Positions 15,001-28,421 of a stretch of DNA of 64,000 nt are shown one piece after another. The position numbers and the translations under genes were made by a program. Numbering within the stretch: position 1 is the stretch's first letter; every line of letters begins with the position of its first letter. The DNA is from Lingula anatina. Taxonomy: Eukaryota > Animalia > Brachiopoda. The DNA is taken from contig CM120648.1 in NCBI GenBank assembly GCA_051362555.1, positions 15,000,587-15,064,586 of the forward strand, in the 5' to 3' direction. Below the pieces are notes generated by a model that was not told where the DNA came from, did no database searches, and worked only from the letters and a program-made list of their open reading frames with translations.

Positions 15001-18000
15001 TTAAATGTTAATAATTTTGACAAATGTGGTCTAATGTTTCTGAAATTTGTACATATGATGCCTAATAACAATAAAAATCTGACATAAGCTTTTCAATTGA
15101 CTGTTTGTAATGAAAACTATTTTTTGGATAATATACTGAAGAAAACCGAAAATAACGTTGAAAACAGAGGCAAATTATAAGGATTAAAATAGTTAAATGT
15201 TAATAATTTTGACAAATGTGGTCTAATATTTGTGAAATTTGTACAAATGATGCTTAACAACTGTAAAAATCTGAGATAAGATTATCAGTTGCCTGAGTCT
15301 AATGAAACAGATTTTTTCACACAATATATTTGAGAAAACTGAAAATTACATTGAAATCAATGGCAAGTTATATAGATTAAAATAGTTAAACATTAATAAT
15401 TGTGACAAAACTGGTCCAATCTTTGTGAAATTTGTGTAAATGATGCTTTACAACAATAAAAATATGAGAAAAGCTTATCACGCCCTGTGTCTATTTTAAG
15501 TTTTTTTTTAATTGCCAATTCATATCAGAAGAGTGAGAATTTACGAAAACAAATATTTCAATATTCCAATAAATCATTTTATCTCAAATAAAACATCAAA
15601 TGTGATGACTTGTGTTTGTTTGTGTAGAAAGTGGCAAATTACCTATTATTGTCTTCTGACATACAAACATATACCCATTCAAGACTTCTCCTTACTACCA
15701 ATACAAGATGCCGATTCCTCCTTACAGTGGGTTTCTGGAATCGGTCCGTTAGCACACCATTTGACCATGTCCTAAATCTTCCCACATATTATGTATTGTA
15801 CACATGAATGAGACATAGCACTGCTCTTGATGTTGTCTCTCAATGCCTGTTTTTTTCTTAGCCATGAAGAGACAGAAAGAGTCTGCCAACCAAGAAGCCA
15901 CAAGGCTGCAATATGGAAGGTTTACCTGGAAAAAGGGCAAATTACATGGAATAAAATAGTTAAATGTTAATTATTTTGACAAATATGGTCTAATGTTTGT
16001 GAAATTTGTACAAATAATGCCTAATAACAATAAAAATCTGACATAAGCTTATCAATTGACTGTGTGTAATGAAAACTATTTTTCTGACAATATACTGAAG
16101 AAAACCGAAAATAACGTTGAAAACAGAGGCAAATTTCAAGGATTAAAATAGTTAAATGTTAATAATTTTGACAAATGTAGTCTAATATTTGTGAAATTTG
16201 TACAAATGATGCTTAACAACTGTAAAAATCTGACATAGGCTTATCAATTGACTGTGTGTAATGAAAACTACTTTTCGGACATTATACTGAAGAAAACCGA
16301 TAATAATGTGAAAACAGAGGCAAATTTCAAGGATTAAGAATAGTTAAATGTTAATAATTTTGACAAATGTGGTCTAATATTTGTGAAATTTGTACAAATG
16401 ATGCTTAACAACTGTAAAAATCTGAGATAAGATTATCAGTTGCCTGAGTCTAATGAAACAGATTTTTTCACACAATATATCTGAGAAAACTGAAAATTAC
16501 ATTGAAATCAATGGCAAATTATATGCCTTAAAATAGTTAAACATTAATAATTTTGACAAAACTAGTCCAATCTTTGTGAAATTTGTGTAAATGATGCTTT
16601 ACAACAATAAAAATATGAGAAAAATTTATCACGCCCTGTGTCTATTTTAAGTTTTTTTTTATTGCCAATTCATATCAGAAGAGTGAGAATTTACGAAAAC
16701 AAATATTCCAATATTCCAATAAATCATTTTATCTCAAATAAAACATCAATTGTGATGACTTGTGTTTGTTTGTGTAGAAAGTGGCAAATTACCTATTATT
16801 GTCTTCTGAAAAACAACATATACCCATTCAAGACTTCTCCTTACTACCAATACAAGATGCCGATTCCTCCTTACAGTGGGTTTCTGGAATCGGTCCATTA
16901 GCACACCATTTGACCATGTCCTAAATCTTCCCACATATTATGTATTGTACACATGAATGAGACATAGCACTGCTCTTGATGTTGTCTCTCAATGCCTGTT
17001 TTTTTCTTAGCCATGAAGAGACAGAAAGAGTCTGCCAACCAAGAAGCCACAAGGCTGCAATATGGAAGGTTTCCCTGGAAAAAGGGCAAATTACATGGAA
17101 TAAAATAGTTAAATGTTAATAATTTTGACAAATGTGGTCAAATGTTTGTGAAATTTGTACAAATGATGCTTAACAACTGTAAAAATCTGAGATAAGATTA
17201 TCAGTTGCCTGAGTCTAATGAAACAGATTTTTTCACACAATATATTTGAGAAAACTGAAAATTACATTGAAATCAATGACAATTTATATGCCTTAAAATA
17301 GTTAAACATTAATAATTTTGACAAAACTGGTCCAATCTTTGTGAAATTTGTGTAAATGATGCTTTACAACAATAAAAATATGAGAAAAGCTTATCACGCC
17401 CTGTGTCTATTTTAAGTTTTTTTTATTGCCAATTCATATCAGAAGAGAGAGAATTTATGAAAACAAATATTCCAATATTCCAATAAATCATTTTATCTCA
17501 AATAAAACATCAAATGTGATGACTTGTGTTTGTTTGTGTAGAAAGTGGCAAATTACCTATTATTGTCTTCTGACATACAACATATACCCATTCAAGACTT
17601 CTCCTTACTACCAATACAGTGGGTTTCTGGAATCGGTCCGTTAGCACACCATTTGACCATGTCCTAAATCTTCCCACATATTATGTATTGTACACATGAA
17701 TGAGACATAGCACTGCTCTTGATGTTGTCTCTCAATGCCTGTTTTTTTCTTAGCCATGAAGAGACAGAAAGAGTCTGCCAACCAAGAAGCCACAAGGCTG
17801 CAATATGGAAGGTTAACCTGGAAAAAGGGCAAATTACATGGAATAAAATAGTTAAATGTTAATTATTTTGACAAATATGGTCTAATGTTTGTGAAATTTG
17901 TACAAATGATGCCTAATAACAATAAAAATCTGACATAAGCTTATCAATTGACTGTGTGTAATGAAAACTATTTTTCGGACAATATATTGAAGAAAACCGA

Positions 18001-21000
18001 AAATAACGTTGAAAACAGAGGCAAATTTCAAGGATTAAAATAGTTAAATGTTAATAATTTTGACAAATGTAGTCTAATATTTGTGAAATTTGTACAAATG
18101 ATGCTTAACAACTGTAAAAATCTGACATAGGCTTATCAATTGACTGTGTGTAATGAAAACTACTTTTCGGACAATATACTGAAGAAAACCGATAATAATG
18201 TGAAAACAGAGGCAAATTTCAAGGATTAAAATAGTTAAATGTTAATAATTTTGACAAATGTGGTCTAATATTTGTGAAATTTGTACAAATGATGCTTAAC
18301 AACTGTAAAAATCTGAGATAAGATTATCAGTTGCCTGAGTCTAATGAAACAGATTTTTTCACACAATATATCTGAGAAAACTGAAAATTACATTGAAATC
18401 AATGGCAAATTATATGCCTTAAAATAGTTAAACATTAATAATTTTGACAAAACTGGTCCAATCTTTGTGAAATTTGTGTAAATGATGCTTTACAACAATA
18501 AAAATATGAGAAAAATTTATCACGCCCTGTGTCTATTTTAAGTTTTTTTTTATTGCCAATTCATATCAGAAGAGTGAGAATTTACGAAAACAAATATTCC
18601 AATATTCCAATAAATCATTTTATCTCAAATAAAACATCAATTGTGATGACTTGTGTTTGTTTGTGTAGAAAGTGGCAAATTACCTATTATTGTCTTCTGA
18701 AAAACAACATATACCCATTCAAGACTTCTCCTTACTACCAATACAAGATGCCGATTCCTCCTTACAGTGGGTTTCTGGAATCGGTCCGTTTGCACACCAT
18801 TTGACCATGTCCTAAATCTTCCCACATATTATGTATTGTACACATGGATGAGACATAGCGCTGCTCTTGATGTTGTCTCTCAATGCCTGTTTTTTTCTTA
18901 GCCATGAAGAGACAGAAAGAGCCTGCCAACCAAGAAGCCACAAGGCTGCAATATGGAAGGTTTACCTGGAAAAAGGGCAAATTTCATGGAATAAAACAGT
19001 TAAATGTTATTAATTTTGACAAATATGGTCTAATGTTTGTGAAATTTGTATAAATGATGCCTAATAACAATAAAAATCTGACATAAGCTTATCAATTGAC
19101 TGTGTGTAATGAAAACTATTTTTCGGACAATATATTGAAGAAAACTGAAAATAACGTTGAAAACAAAGGCAAATTTCAAGGATTAAAATAGTTAAATGTT
19201 AATAATTTTGACAAATGTGGTCTAATGTTTCTGAAATTTGTACATATGATGCCTAATAACAATAAAAATCTGACATAAGCTTTTCAATTGACTGTGTGTA
19301 ATGAAAACTATTTTTTGGACAATATACTGAAGAAAACCGAAAATAACGTTGAAAACAGAGGCAAATTATCAGGATTAAAATAGTTAAATGTTAATAATTT
19401 TGACAAATGTAGTCAAATATTTGTGAAATTTGTACAAATGATGCTTAACAACTGTAAAAATCTGAGATAAGATTATCAGTTGCCTGAGTCTAATGAAACA
19501 GATTTTTTCACACAATATATTTGAGAAAACTGAAAATTACATTGAAATCAATGGCAAGTTATATAGATTAAAATAGTTAAACATTAATAATTGTGACAAA
19601 ACTGGTCCAATCTTTGTGAAATTTGTGTAAATGATGCTTTACAACAATAAAAATATGAGAAAAGCTTATCACGCCCTGTGTCTATTTTAAGTTTTTTTTT
19701 ATTGCCAATTCATATCAGAAGAGTGAGAATTTACGAAAACAAATATTTCAATATTCCAATAAATCATTTTATCTCAAATAAAACATCAAATGTGATGACT
19801 TGTGTTTGTTTGTGTAGAAAGTGGCAAATTACCTATTATTGTCTTCTGACATACAAACATATACCCATTCAAGACTTCTCCTTACTACCAATACAAGATG
19901 CCGATTCCTCCTTACAGTGGGTTTCTGGAATCGGTCCGTTAGCACACCATTTGACCATGTCCTAAATCTTCCCACATATTATGTATTGTACACATGAATG
20001 AGACATAGCACTGCTCTTGATGTTGTCTCTCAATGCCTGTTTTTTTCTTAGCCATGAAGAGACAGAAAGAGTCTGCCAACCAAGAAGCCACAAGGCTGCA
20101 ATATGGAAGGTTTACCTGGAAAAAGGGCAAATTACATGGAATAAAATAGTTAAATGTTAATTATTTTGACAAATATGGTCTAATGTTTGTGAAATTTGTA
20201 CAAATAATGCCTAATAACAATAAAAATCTGACATAAGCTTATCAATTGACTGTGTGTAATGAAAACTATTTTTCTGACAATATACTGAAGAAAACCGAAA
20301 ATAACGTTGAAAACAGAGGCAAATTTCAAGGATTAAAATAGTTAAATGTTAATAATTTTGACAAATGTAGTCTAATATTTGTGAAATTTGTACAAATGAT
20401 GCTTAACAACTGTAAAAATCTGACATAGGCTTATCAATTGACTGTGTGTAATGAAAACTACTTTTCGGACATTATACTGAAGAAAACCGATAATAATGTG
20501 AAAACAGAGGCAAATTTCAAGGATTAAGAATAGTTAAATGTTAATAATTTTGACAAATGTGGTCTAATATTTGTGAAATTTGTACAAATGATGCTTAACA
20601 ACTGTAAAAATCTGAGATAAGATTATCAGTTGCCTGAGTCTAATGAAACAGATTTTTTCACACAATATATCTGAGAAAACTGAAAATTACATTGAAATCA
20701 ATGGCAAATTATATGCCTTAAAATAGTTAAACATTAATAATTTTGACAAAACTAGTCCAATCTTTGTGAAATTTGTGTAAATGATGCTTTACAACAATAA
20801 AAATATGAGAAAAATTTATCACGCCCTGTGTCTATTTTAAGTTTTTTTTTATTGCCAATTCATATCAGAAGAGTGAGAATTTACGAAAACAAATATTCCA
20901 ATATTCCAATAAATCATTTTATCTCAAATAAAACATCAATTGTGATGACTTGTGTTTGTTTGTGTAGAAAGTGGCAAATTACCTATTATTGTCTTCTGAA

Positions 21001-24000
21001 AAACAACATATACCCATTCAAGACTTCTCCTTACTACCAATACAAGATGCCGATTCCTCCTTACAGTGGGTTTCTGGAATCGGTCCATTAGCACACCATT
21101 TGACCATGTCCTAAATCTTCCCACATATTATGTATTGTACACATGAATGAGACATAGCACTGCTCTTGATGTTGTCTCTCAATGCCTGTTTTTTTCTTAG
21201 CCATGAAGAGACAGAAAGAGTCTGCCAACCAAGAAGCCACAAGGCTGCAATATGGAAGGTTTACCTGGAAAAAGGGCAAATTACATGGAATAAAATAGTT
21301 AAATGTTAATAATTTTGACAAATGTGGTCAAATGTTTGTGAAATTTGTACAAATGATGCTTAACAACTGTAAAAATCTGAGATAAGATTATCAGTTGCCT
21401 GAGTCTAATGAAACAGATTTTTTCACACAATATATTTGAGAAAACTGAAAATTACATTGAAATCAATGACAATTTATATGCCTTAAAATAGTTAAACATT
21501 AATAATTTTGACAAAACTGGTCCAATCTTTGTGAAATTTGTGTAAATGATGCTTTACAACAATAAAAATATGAGAAAAGCTTATCACGCCCTGTGTCTAT
21601 TTTAAGTTTTTTTTATTGCCAATTCATATCAGAAGAGAGAGAATTTATGAAAACAAATATTCCAATATTCCAATAAATCATTTTATCTCAAATAAAACAT
21701 CAAATGTGATGACTTGTGTTTGTTTGTGTAGAAAGTGGCAAATTACCTATTATTGTCTTCTGACATACAACATATACCCATTCAAGACTTCTCCTTACTA
21801 CCAATACAAGATGCCGATTCCTCCTTACAGTGGGTTTCTGGAATCGGTCCGTTAGCACACCATTTGACCATGTCCTAAATCTTCCCACATATTATGTATT
21901 GTACACATGAATGAGACATAGCACTGCTCTTGATGTTGTCTCTCAATGCCTGTTTTTTTCTTAGCCATGAAGAGACAGAAAGAGTCTGCCAACCAAGAAG
22001 CCACAAGGCTGCAATATGGAAGGTTAACCTGGAAAAAGGGCAAATTACATGGAATAAAATAGTTAAATGTTAATTATTTTGACAAATATGGTCTAATGTT
22101 TGTGAAATTTGTACAAATGATGCCTAATAACAATAAAAATCTGACATAAGCTTATCAATTGACTGTGTGTAATGAAAACTATTTTTCGGACAATATATTG
22201 AAGAAAACCGAAAATAACGTTGAAAACAGAGGCAAATTTCAAGGATTAAAATAGTTAAATGTTAATAATTTTGACAAATGTAGTCTAATATTTGTGAAAT
22301 TTGTACAAATGATGCTTAACAACTGTAAAAATCTGACATAGGCTTATCAATTGACTGTGTGTAATGAAAACTACTTTTCGGACAATATACTGAAGAAAAC
22401 CGATAATAATGTGAAAACAGAGGCAAATTTCAAGGATTAAAATAGTTAAATGTTAATAATTTTGACAAATGTGGTCTAATATTTGTGAAATTTGTACAAA
22501 TGATGCTTTACAACTGTAAAAATCTGAGATAAGATTATCAGTTGCCTGAGTCTAATGAAACAGATTTTTTCACACAATATATCTGAGAAAACTGAAAATT
22601 ACATTGAAATCAATGGCAAATTATATGCCTTAAAATAGTTAAACATTAATAATTTTGACAAAACTGGTCCAATCTTTGTGAAATTTGTGTAAATGATGCT
22701 TTACAACAATAAAAATATGAGAAAAATTTATCACGCCCTGTGTCTATTTTAAGTTTTTTTTTATTGCCAATTCATATCAGAAGAGTGAGAATTTACGAAA
22801 ACAAATATTCCAATATTCCAATAAATCATTTTATCTCAAATAAAACATCAATTGTGATGACTTGTGTTTGTTTGTGTAGAAAGTGGCAAATTACCTATTA
22901 TTGTCTTCTGAAAAACAACATATACCCATTCAAGACTTCTCCTTACTACCAATACAAGATGCCGATTCCTCCTTACAGTGGGTTTCTGGAATCGGTCCGT
23001 TTGCACACCATTTGACCATGTCCTAAATCTTCCCACATATTATGTATTGTACACATGGATGAGACATAGCGCTGCTCTTGATGTTGTCTCTCAATGCCTG
23101 TTTTTTTCTTAGCCATGAAGAGACAGAAAGAGCCTGCCAACCAAGAAGCCACAAGGCTGCAATATGGAAGGTTTACCTGGAAAAAGGGCAAATTTCATGG
23201 AATAAAATAGTTAAATGTTATTAATTTTGACAAATATGGTCTAATGTTTGTGAAATTTGTATAAATGATGCCTAATAACAATAAAAATCTGACATAAGCT
23301 TATCAATTGACTGTGTGTAATGAAAACTATTTTTCGGACAATATATTGAAGAAAACTGAAAATAACGTTGAAAACAAAGGCAAATTTCAAGGATTAAAAT
23401 AGTTAAATGTTAATAATTTTGACAAATGTGGTCTAATGTTTCTGAAATTTGTACATATGATGCCTAATAACAATAAAAATCTGACATAAGCTTTTCAATT
23501 GACTGTGTGTAATGAAAACTATTTTTTGGACAATATACTGAAGAAAACCGAAAATAACGTTGAAAACAGAGGCAAATTATCAGGATTAAAATAGTTAAAT
23601 GTTAATAATTTTGACAAATGTAGTCAAATATTTGTGAAATTTGTACAAATGATGCTTAACAACTGTAAAAATCTGAGATAAGATTATCAGTTGCCTGAGT
23701 CTAATGAAACAGATTTTTTCACACAATATATTTGAGAAAACTGAAAATTACATTGAAATCAATGGCAAGTTATATAGATTAAAATAGTTAAACATTAATA
23801 ATTGTGACAAAACTGGTCCAATCTTTGTGAAATTTGTGTAAATGATGCTTTACAACAATAAAAATATGAGAAAAGCTTATCACGCCCTGTGTCTATTTTA
23901 AGTTTTTTTTTATTGCCAATTCATATCAGAAGAGTGAGAATTTACGAAAACAAATATTTCAATATTCCAATAAATCATTTTATCTCAAATAAAACATCAA

Positions 24001-27000
24001 ATGTGATGACTTGTGTTTGTTTGTGTAGAAAGTGGCAAATTACCTATTATTGTCTTCTGACATACAAACATATACCCATTCAAGACTTCTCCTTACTACC
24101 AATACAAGATGCCGATTCCTCCTTACAGTGGGTTTCTGGAATCGGTCCGTTAGCACACCATTTGACCATGTCCTAAATCTTCCCACATATTATGTATTGT
24201 ACACATGAATGAGACATAGCACTGCTCTTGATGTTGTCTCTCAATGCCTGTTTTTTTCTTAGCCATGAAGAGACAGAAAGAGTCTGCCAACCAAGAAGCC
24301 ACAAGGCTGCAATATGGAAGGTTTACCTGGAAAAAGGGCAAATTACATGGAATAAAATAGTTAAATGTTAATTATTTTGACAAATATGGTCTAATGTTTG
24401 TGAAATTTGTACAAATAATGCCTAATAACAATAAAAATCTGACATAAGCTTATCAATTGACTGTGTGTAATGAAAACTATTTTTCTGACAATATACTGAA
24501 GAAAACCGAAAATAACGTTGAAAACAGAGGCAAATTTCAAGGATTAAAATAGTTAAATGTTAATAATTTTGACAAATGTAGTCTAATATTTGTGAAATTT
24601 GTACAAATGATGCTTAACAACTGTAAAAATCTGACATAAGCTTATCAATTGACTGTGTGTAATGAAAACTACTTTTCGGACATTATACTGAAGAAAACCG
24701 ATAATAATGTGAAAACAGAGGCAAATTTCAAGGATTAAAATAGTTAAATGTTAATAATTTTGACAAATGTGGTCCAATATTTGTGAAATTTGTACAAATG
24801 ATGCTTGACAACTGTAAAAATCTGAGATAAGATTATCAGTTGCCTGAGTCTAATGAAACGGATTTTTTCACACAATATATCTGAGAAAACTGAAAATTAC
24901 ATTGAAATCAATGGCAAATTATATGCCTTAAAATAGTTAAACATTAATAATTTTGACAAAACTGGTCCAATCTTTGTGAAATTTGTGTAAATGATGCTTT
25001 ACAACAATAAAAATATGAGAAAAGCTTATCACGCCCTGTGTCTATTTTAAGTTTTTTTTTATTGCCAATTCATATCAGAAGAGAGAGAATTTATGAAAAC
25101 AAATATTTCAATATTCCAATAAATCATTTTATCTCAAATAAAACATCAAATGTGATGACTTGTGTTTGTTTGTGTAGAAAGTGGCAAATTACCTATTATT
25201 GTCTTCTGACATACAACATATACCCATTCAAGACTTCTCCTTACTACCAATACAAGATGCCGATTCCTCCTTACAGTGGGTTTCTGGAATCGGTCCGTTA
25301 GCACACCATTTGACCATGTCCTAAATCTTCCCACATATTATGTATTGTACACATGAATGAGACATAGCACTGCTCTTGATGTTGTCTCTCAATGCCTGTT
25401 TTTTTCTTAGCCATGAAGAGACAGAAAGAGTCTGCCAACCAAGAAGCCACAAGGCTGCAATATGGAAGGTTTACCTGGAAAAAGGGCAAATTACATGGAA
25501 TAAAATAGTTAAATGTTAATAATTTTGACAAATGTGGTCAAATGTTTGTGAAATTTGTACAAATGATGCTTAACAACTGTAAAAATCTGAGATAAGATTA
25601 TCAGTTGCCTGAGTCTAATGAAACAGATTTTTTCACACAATATATTTGAGAAAACTGAAAATTACATTGAAATCAATGACAATTTATATGCCTTAAAATA
25701 GTTAAACATTAATAATTTTGACAAAACTGGTCCAATCTTTGTGAAATTTGTGTAAATGATGCTTTACAACAATAAAAATATGAGAAAAGCTTATCACGCC
25801 CTGTGTCTATTTTAAGTTTTTTTTATTGCCAATTCATATCAGAAGAGAGAGAATTTATGAAAACAAATATTCCAATATTCCAATAAATCATTTTATCTCA
25901 AATAAAACATCAAATGTGATGACTTGTGTTTGTTTGTGTAGAAAGTGGCAAATTACCTATTATTGTCTTCTGACATACAACATATACCCATTCAAGACTT
26001 CTCCTTACTACCAATACAAGATGCCGATTCCTCCTTACAGTGGGTTTCTGGAATCGGTCCGTTAGCACACCATTTGACCATGTCCTAAATCTTCCCACAT
26101 ATTATGTATTGTACACATGAATGAGACATAGCACTGCTCTTGATGTTGTCTCTCAATGCCTGTTTTTTTCTTAGCCATGAAGAGACAGAAAGAGTCTGCC
26201 AACCAAGAAGCCACAAGGCTGCAATATGGAAGGTTTACCTGGAAAAAGGGCAAATTACATGGAATAAAATACTTAAATGTTAATTATTTTGACAAATATG
26301 GTCTAATAATTGTGAAATTTGTACAAATGATGCCTAATAACAATAAAAATCTGACATAAGCTTATCAATTGACTGTGTGTAATGAAAACTATTTTTCGGA
26401 CAATATATTGAAGAAAACTGAAAATAACGTTGAAAACAGAGGCAAATTTCAAGGATTAAAATAGTTAAATGTTAATAATTTTGACAAATGTAGTCTAATA
26501 TTTGTGAAATTTGTACAAATGATGCTTAACAACTGTAAAAATCTGACATAGGCTTATCAATTGACTGTGTGTAATGAAAACTACTTTTCGGACAATATAC
26601 TGAAGAAAACCGATAATAATGTGAAAACAGAGGCAAATTTCAAGGATTAAAATAGTTAAATGTTAATAATTTTGACAAATGTGGTCTAATATTTGTGAAA
26701 TTTGTACAAATGATGCTTAACAACTGTAAAAATCTGAGATAAGATTATCAGTTGCCTGAGTCTAATGAAACAGATTTTTTCACACAATATATCTGAGAAA
26801 ACTGAAAATTACATTGAAATCAATGGCAAATTATATGCCTTAAAATAGTTAAACATTAATAATTTTGACAAAACTGGTCCAATCTTTGTGAAATTTGTGT
26901 AAATGATGCTTTACAACAATAAAAATATGAGAAAAATTTATCACGCCCTGTGTCTATTTTAAGTTTTTTTTTATTGCCAATTCATATCAGAAGAGTGAGA

Positions 27001-27205
27001 ATTTACGAAAACAAATATTCCAATATTCCAATAAATCATTTTATCTCAAATAAAACATCAAATGTGATGACTTGTGTTTGTTTGTGTAGAAAGTGGCAAA
27101 TTACCTATTATTGTCTTCTGACATACAACATATACCCATTCAAGACTTCTCCTTACTACCAATACAAGATGCCGATTCCTCCTTACAGTGGGTTTCTGGA
27201 ATCGG
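1..27205. repeat. Complex tandem satellite array (~1148-bp monomer = unique core + ~191-bp subrepeats), running off the left edge of the window
   Basis: The same core (ccctgtgtctattttaag...ggaaaaagggcaaatt) recurs 25 times, starting near 167, 1418, 2566, 3715, 4863, 6011, 7262, 8410, 9748, 10896, 12044, 13190, 14338, 15488, 16638, 17403, 18529, 19678, 20828, 21593, 22740, 23889, 25038, 25803 and 26950. Cores are separated by ggcaaatt...aaatagttaaa subrepeats ~191-193 bp apart. Copies differ by only scattered SNPs and indels. Confidence 0.98.
14338..26949. repeat. Four-monomer higher-order repeat (~4.2 kb) x3 within the satellite
   Basis: Diagnostic variants recur with periods of 4191, 4211 and 4210 bp: 765-bp short monomers at 16638, 20828 and 25038; the +A 'atacaaacat' core at 15488, 19678 and 23889; 'gagagagaatttatg' cores at 17403, 21593 and 25803. 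Confidence 0.9.
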
Positions 27206-27428
27206 CTCGGCTGACAGCTATTTAGTGTGAACCCCCATGGAGTTAGGTCGATCTACTTTAGACAGAGTAGATCGACCTAACTCCAGAGTAGAGCGGACAC
27301 GAAAGTTAATTACCCCCTTACAGCTTGTAGTAGGCGGGGCGGACATTTAAGCCGGATTATCTGACAGTAATCTAGTGAGACTCCCCACGGGGATAAATCG
27401 ATCTAAAAGCTCTGGGAATACAGCCTTA
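27206..27428. mobile_element. Rearranged copy of a ~230-bp Harbinger/Tourist-like MITE family at the satellite junction
   Basis: Matches the copies at ~37352-37567, ~46151-46372 and ~55393-56257 (gggagtctcactagattactgtcag, cccgcctactacaagctgtaagggggtaattaac, acccccagggagttaggtcgatct). Its first ~55 bp are inverted relative to the rest. Confidence 0.8.
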
Positions 27429-28421
27429 CAGTGTCTGTAAATAAAAAAAATTGTTTAAATCCAAAAAATGTGATAATTGGCAATTGTGTTTCTACACAGA
27501 AAGAAAGTGGCCAATTATACCTGCTGTTACCTGAAAAAAAAAACCAAGTGTTCACTTTGTGTACTACCTGCAAGATGTCCAGTTACCTGTTTACCATGGC
27601 TGTCCTGTCTCTGGCTGTTCATGACCCATTCATCCTGCAACTTGCTGTGTCTTGCACAGCTGGGTGAGATGCGGAGATTTTCCTACAGCTGCCTTTTCCT
27701 GTCTTCTTCATTTTATCAATATATGTCCCCCATGTCCAGCCAGGTAAAGTCTGTTCACCTAGAAGACACCATGCTATATGGAGTCTGGAGCTGGAAAAAG
27801 AGACAAAAGATTATATGAATGAAGTGACATAAATTATCTTAATAAAAAGACAGAACCCTGACAGTCAGCAAGAGCCAGCAGAATATTTCACCTACATTAG
27901 GCAGACATCACAGTTCTGGTGAATGAACAGAGACAAGTTTAAATGTCTTTTGGAGGCTGCTGGGCACAATTGTGACTGGTACAACTGTCACAATCTTAAA
28001 CTGATCAAAGTTAAATAAACAGAACTCTGCCAAATCTTCTGGGAATTTTTGAGAAATTTGCACACAAACTGCCAATAAACAATGGCTATAATAATCTGGG
28101 ATAAGTATATCAGTTGAATGTGCCTTGCAGAAGTACATTTTGTGAGAAGTAACACGAGAAAAGTGACAATTTTTTTTTTATTTAAAGGAAGCACAAAATA
28201 TGATGACTGGTTTGTTGATCTACATAGGAAGAATAGATTATCTATTGTAACACAATTAGTAAAACAAAACCAAGCAATAATTTTGTGCACTACCTGCAAG
28301 GAGGCCTTTTTGGCATGGTGATGGGTGACGGTGGGTAATGACCACTGCTCCACCTTGGGTTGAATACATATCATCTGTTATGACCAGGTGCCGTGGGTCT
28401 CACTCACCATGTGCTTCTTTC

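Noticed and set aside
1-27205. CRISPR-like or repeat-spacer array
   Set aside because: The intervening cores are near-identical rather than unique spacers, the units exceed 700 bp, the context is eukaryotic and there are no cas genes.
167-27225. Repeated 62-95 aa ORFs (MSILSFF..., MGRFRTW..., MPFFQVN...) as a tandem gene family
   Set aside because: Most start at non-ATG codons, they overlap on both strands, show no recognisable domain, and are broken by frameshifts or stops in several monomers. They are by-products of the satellite.
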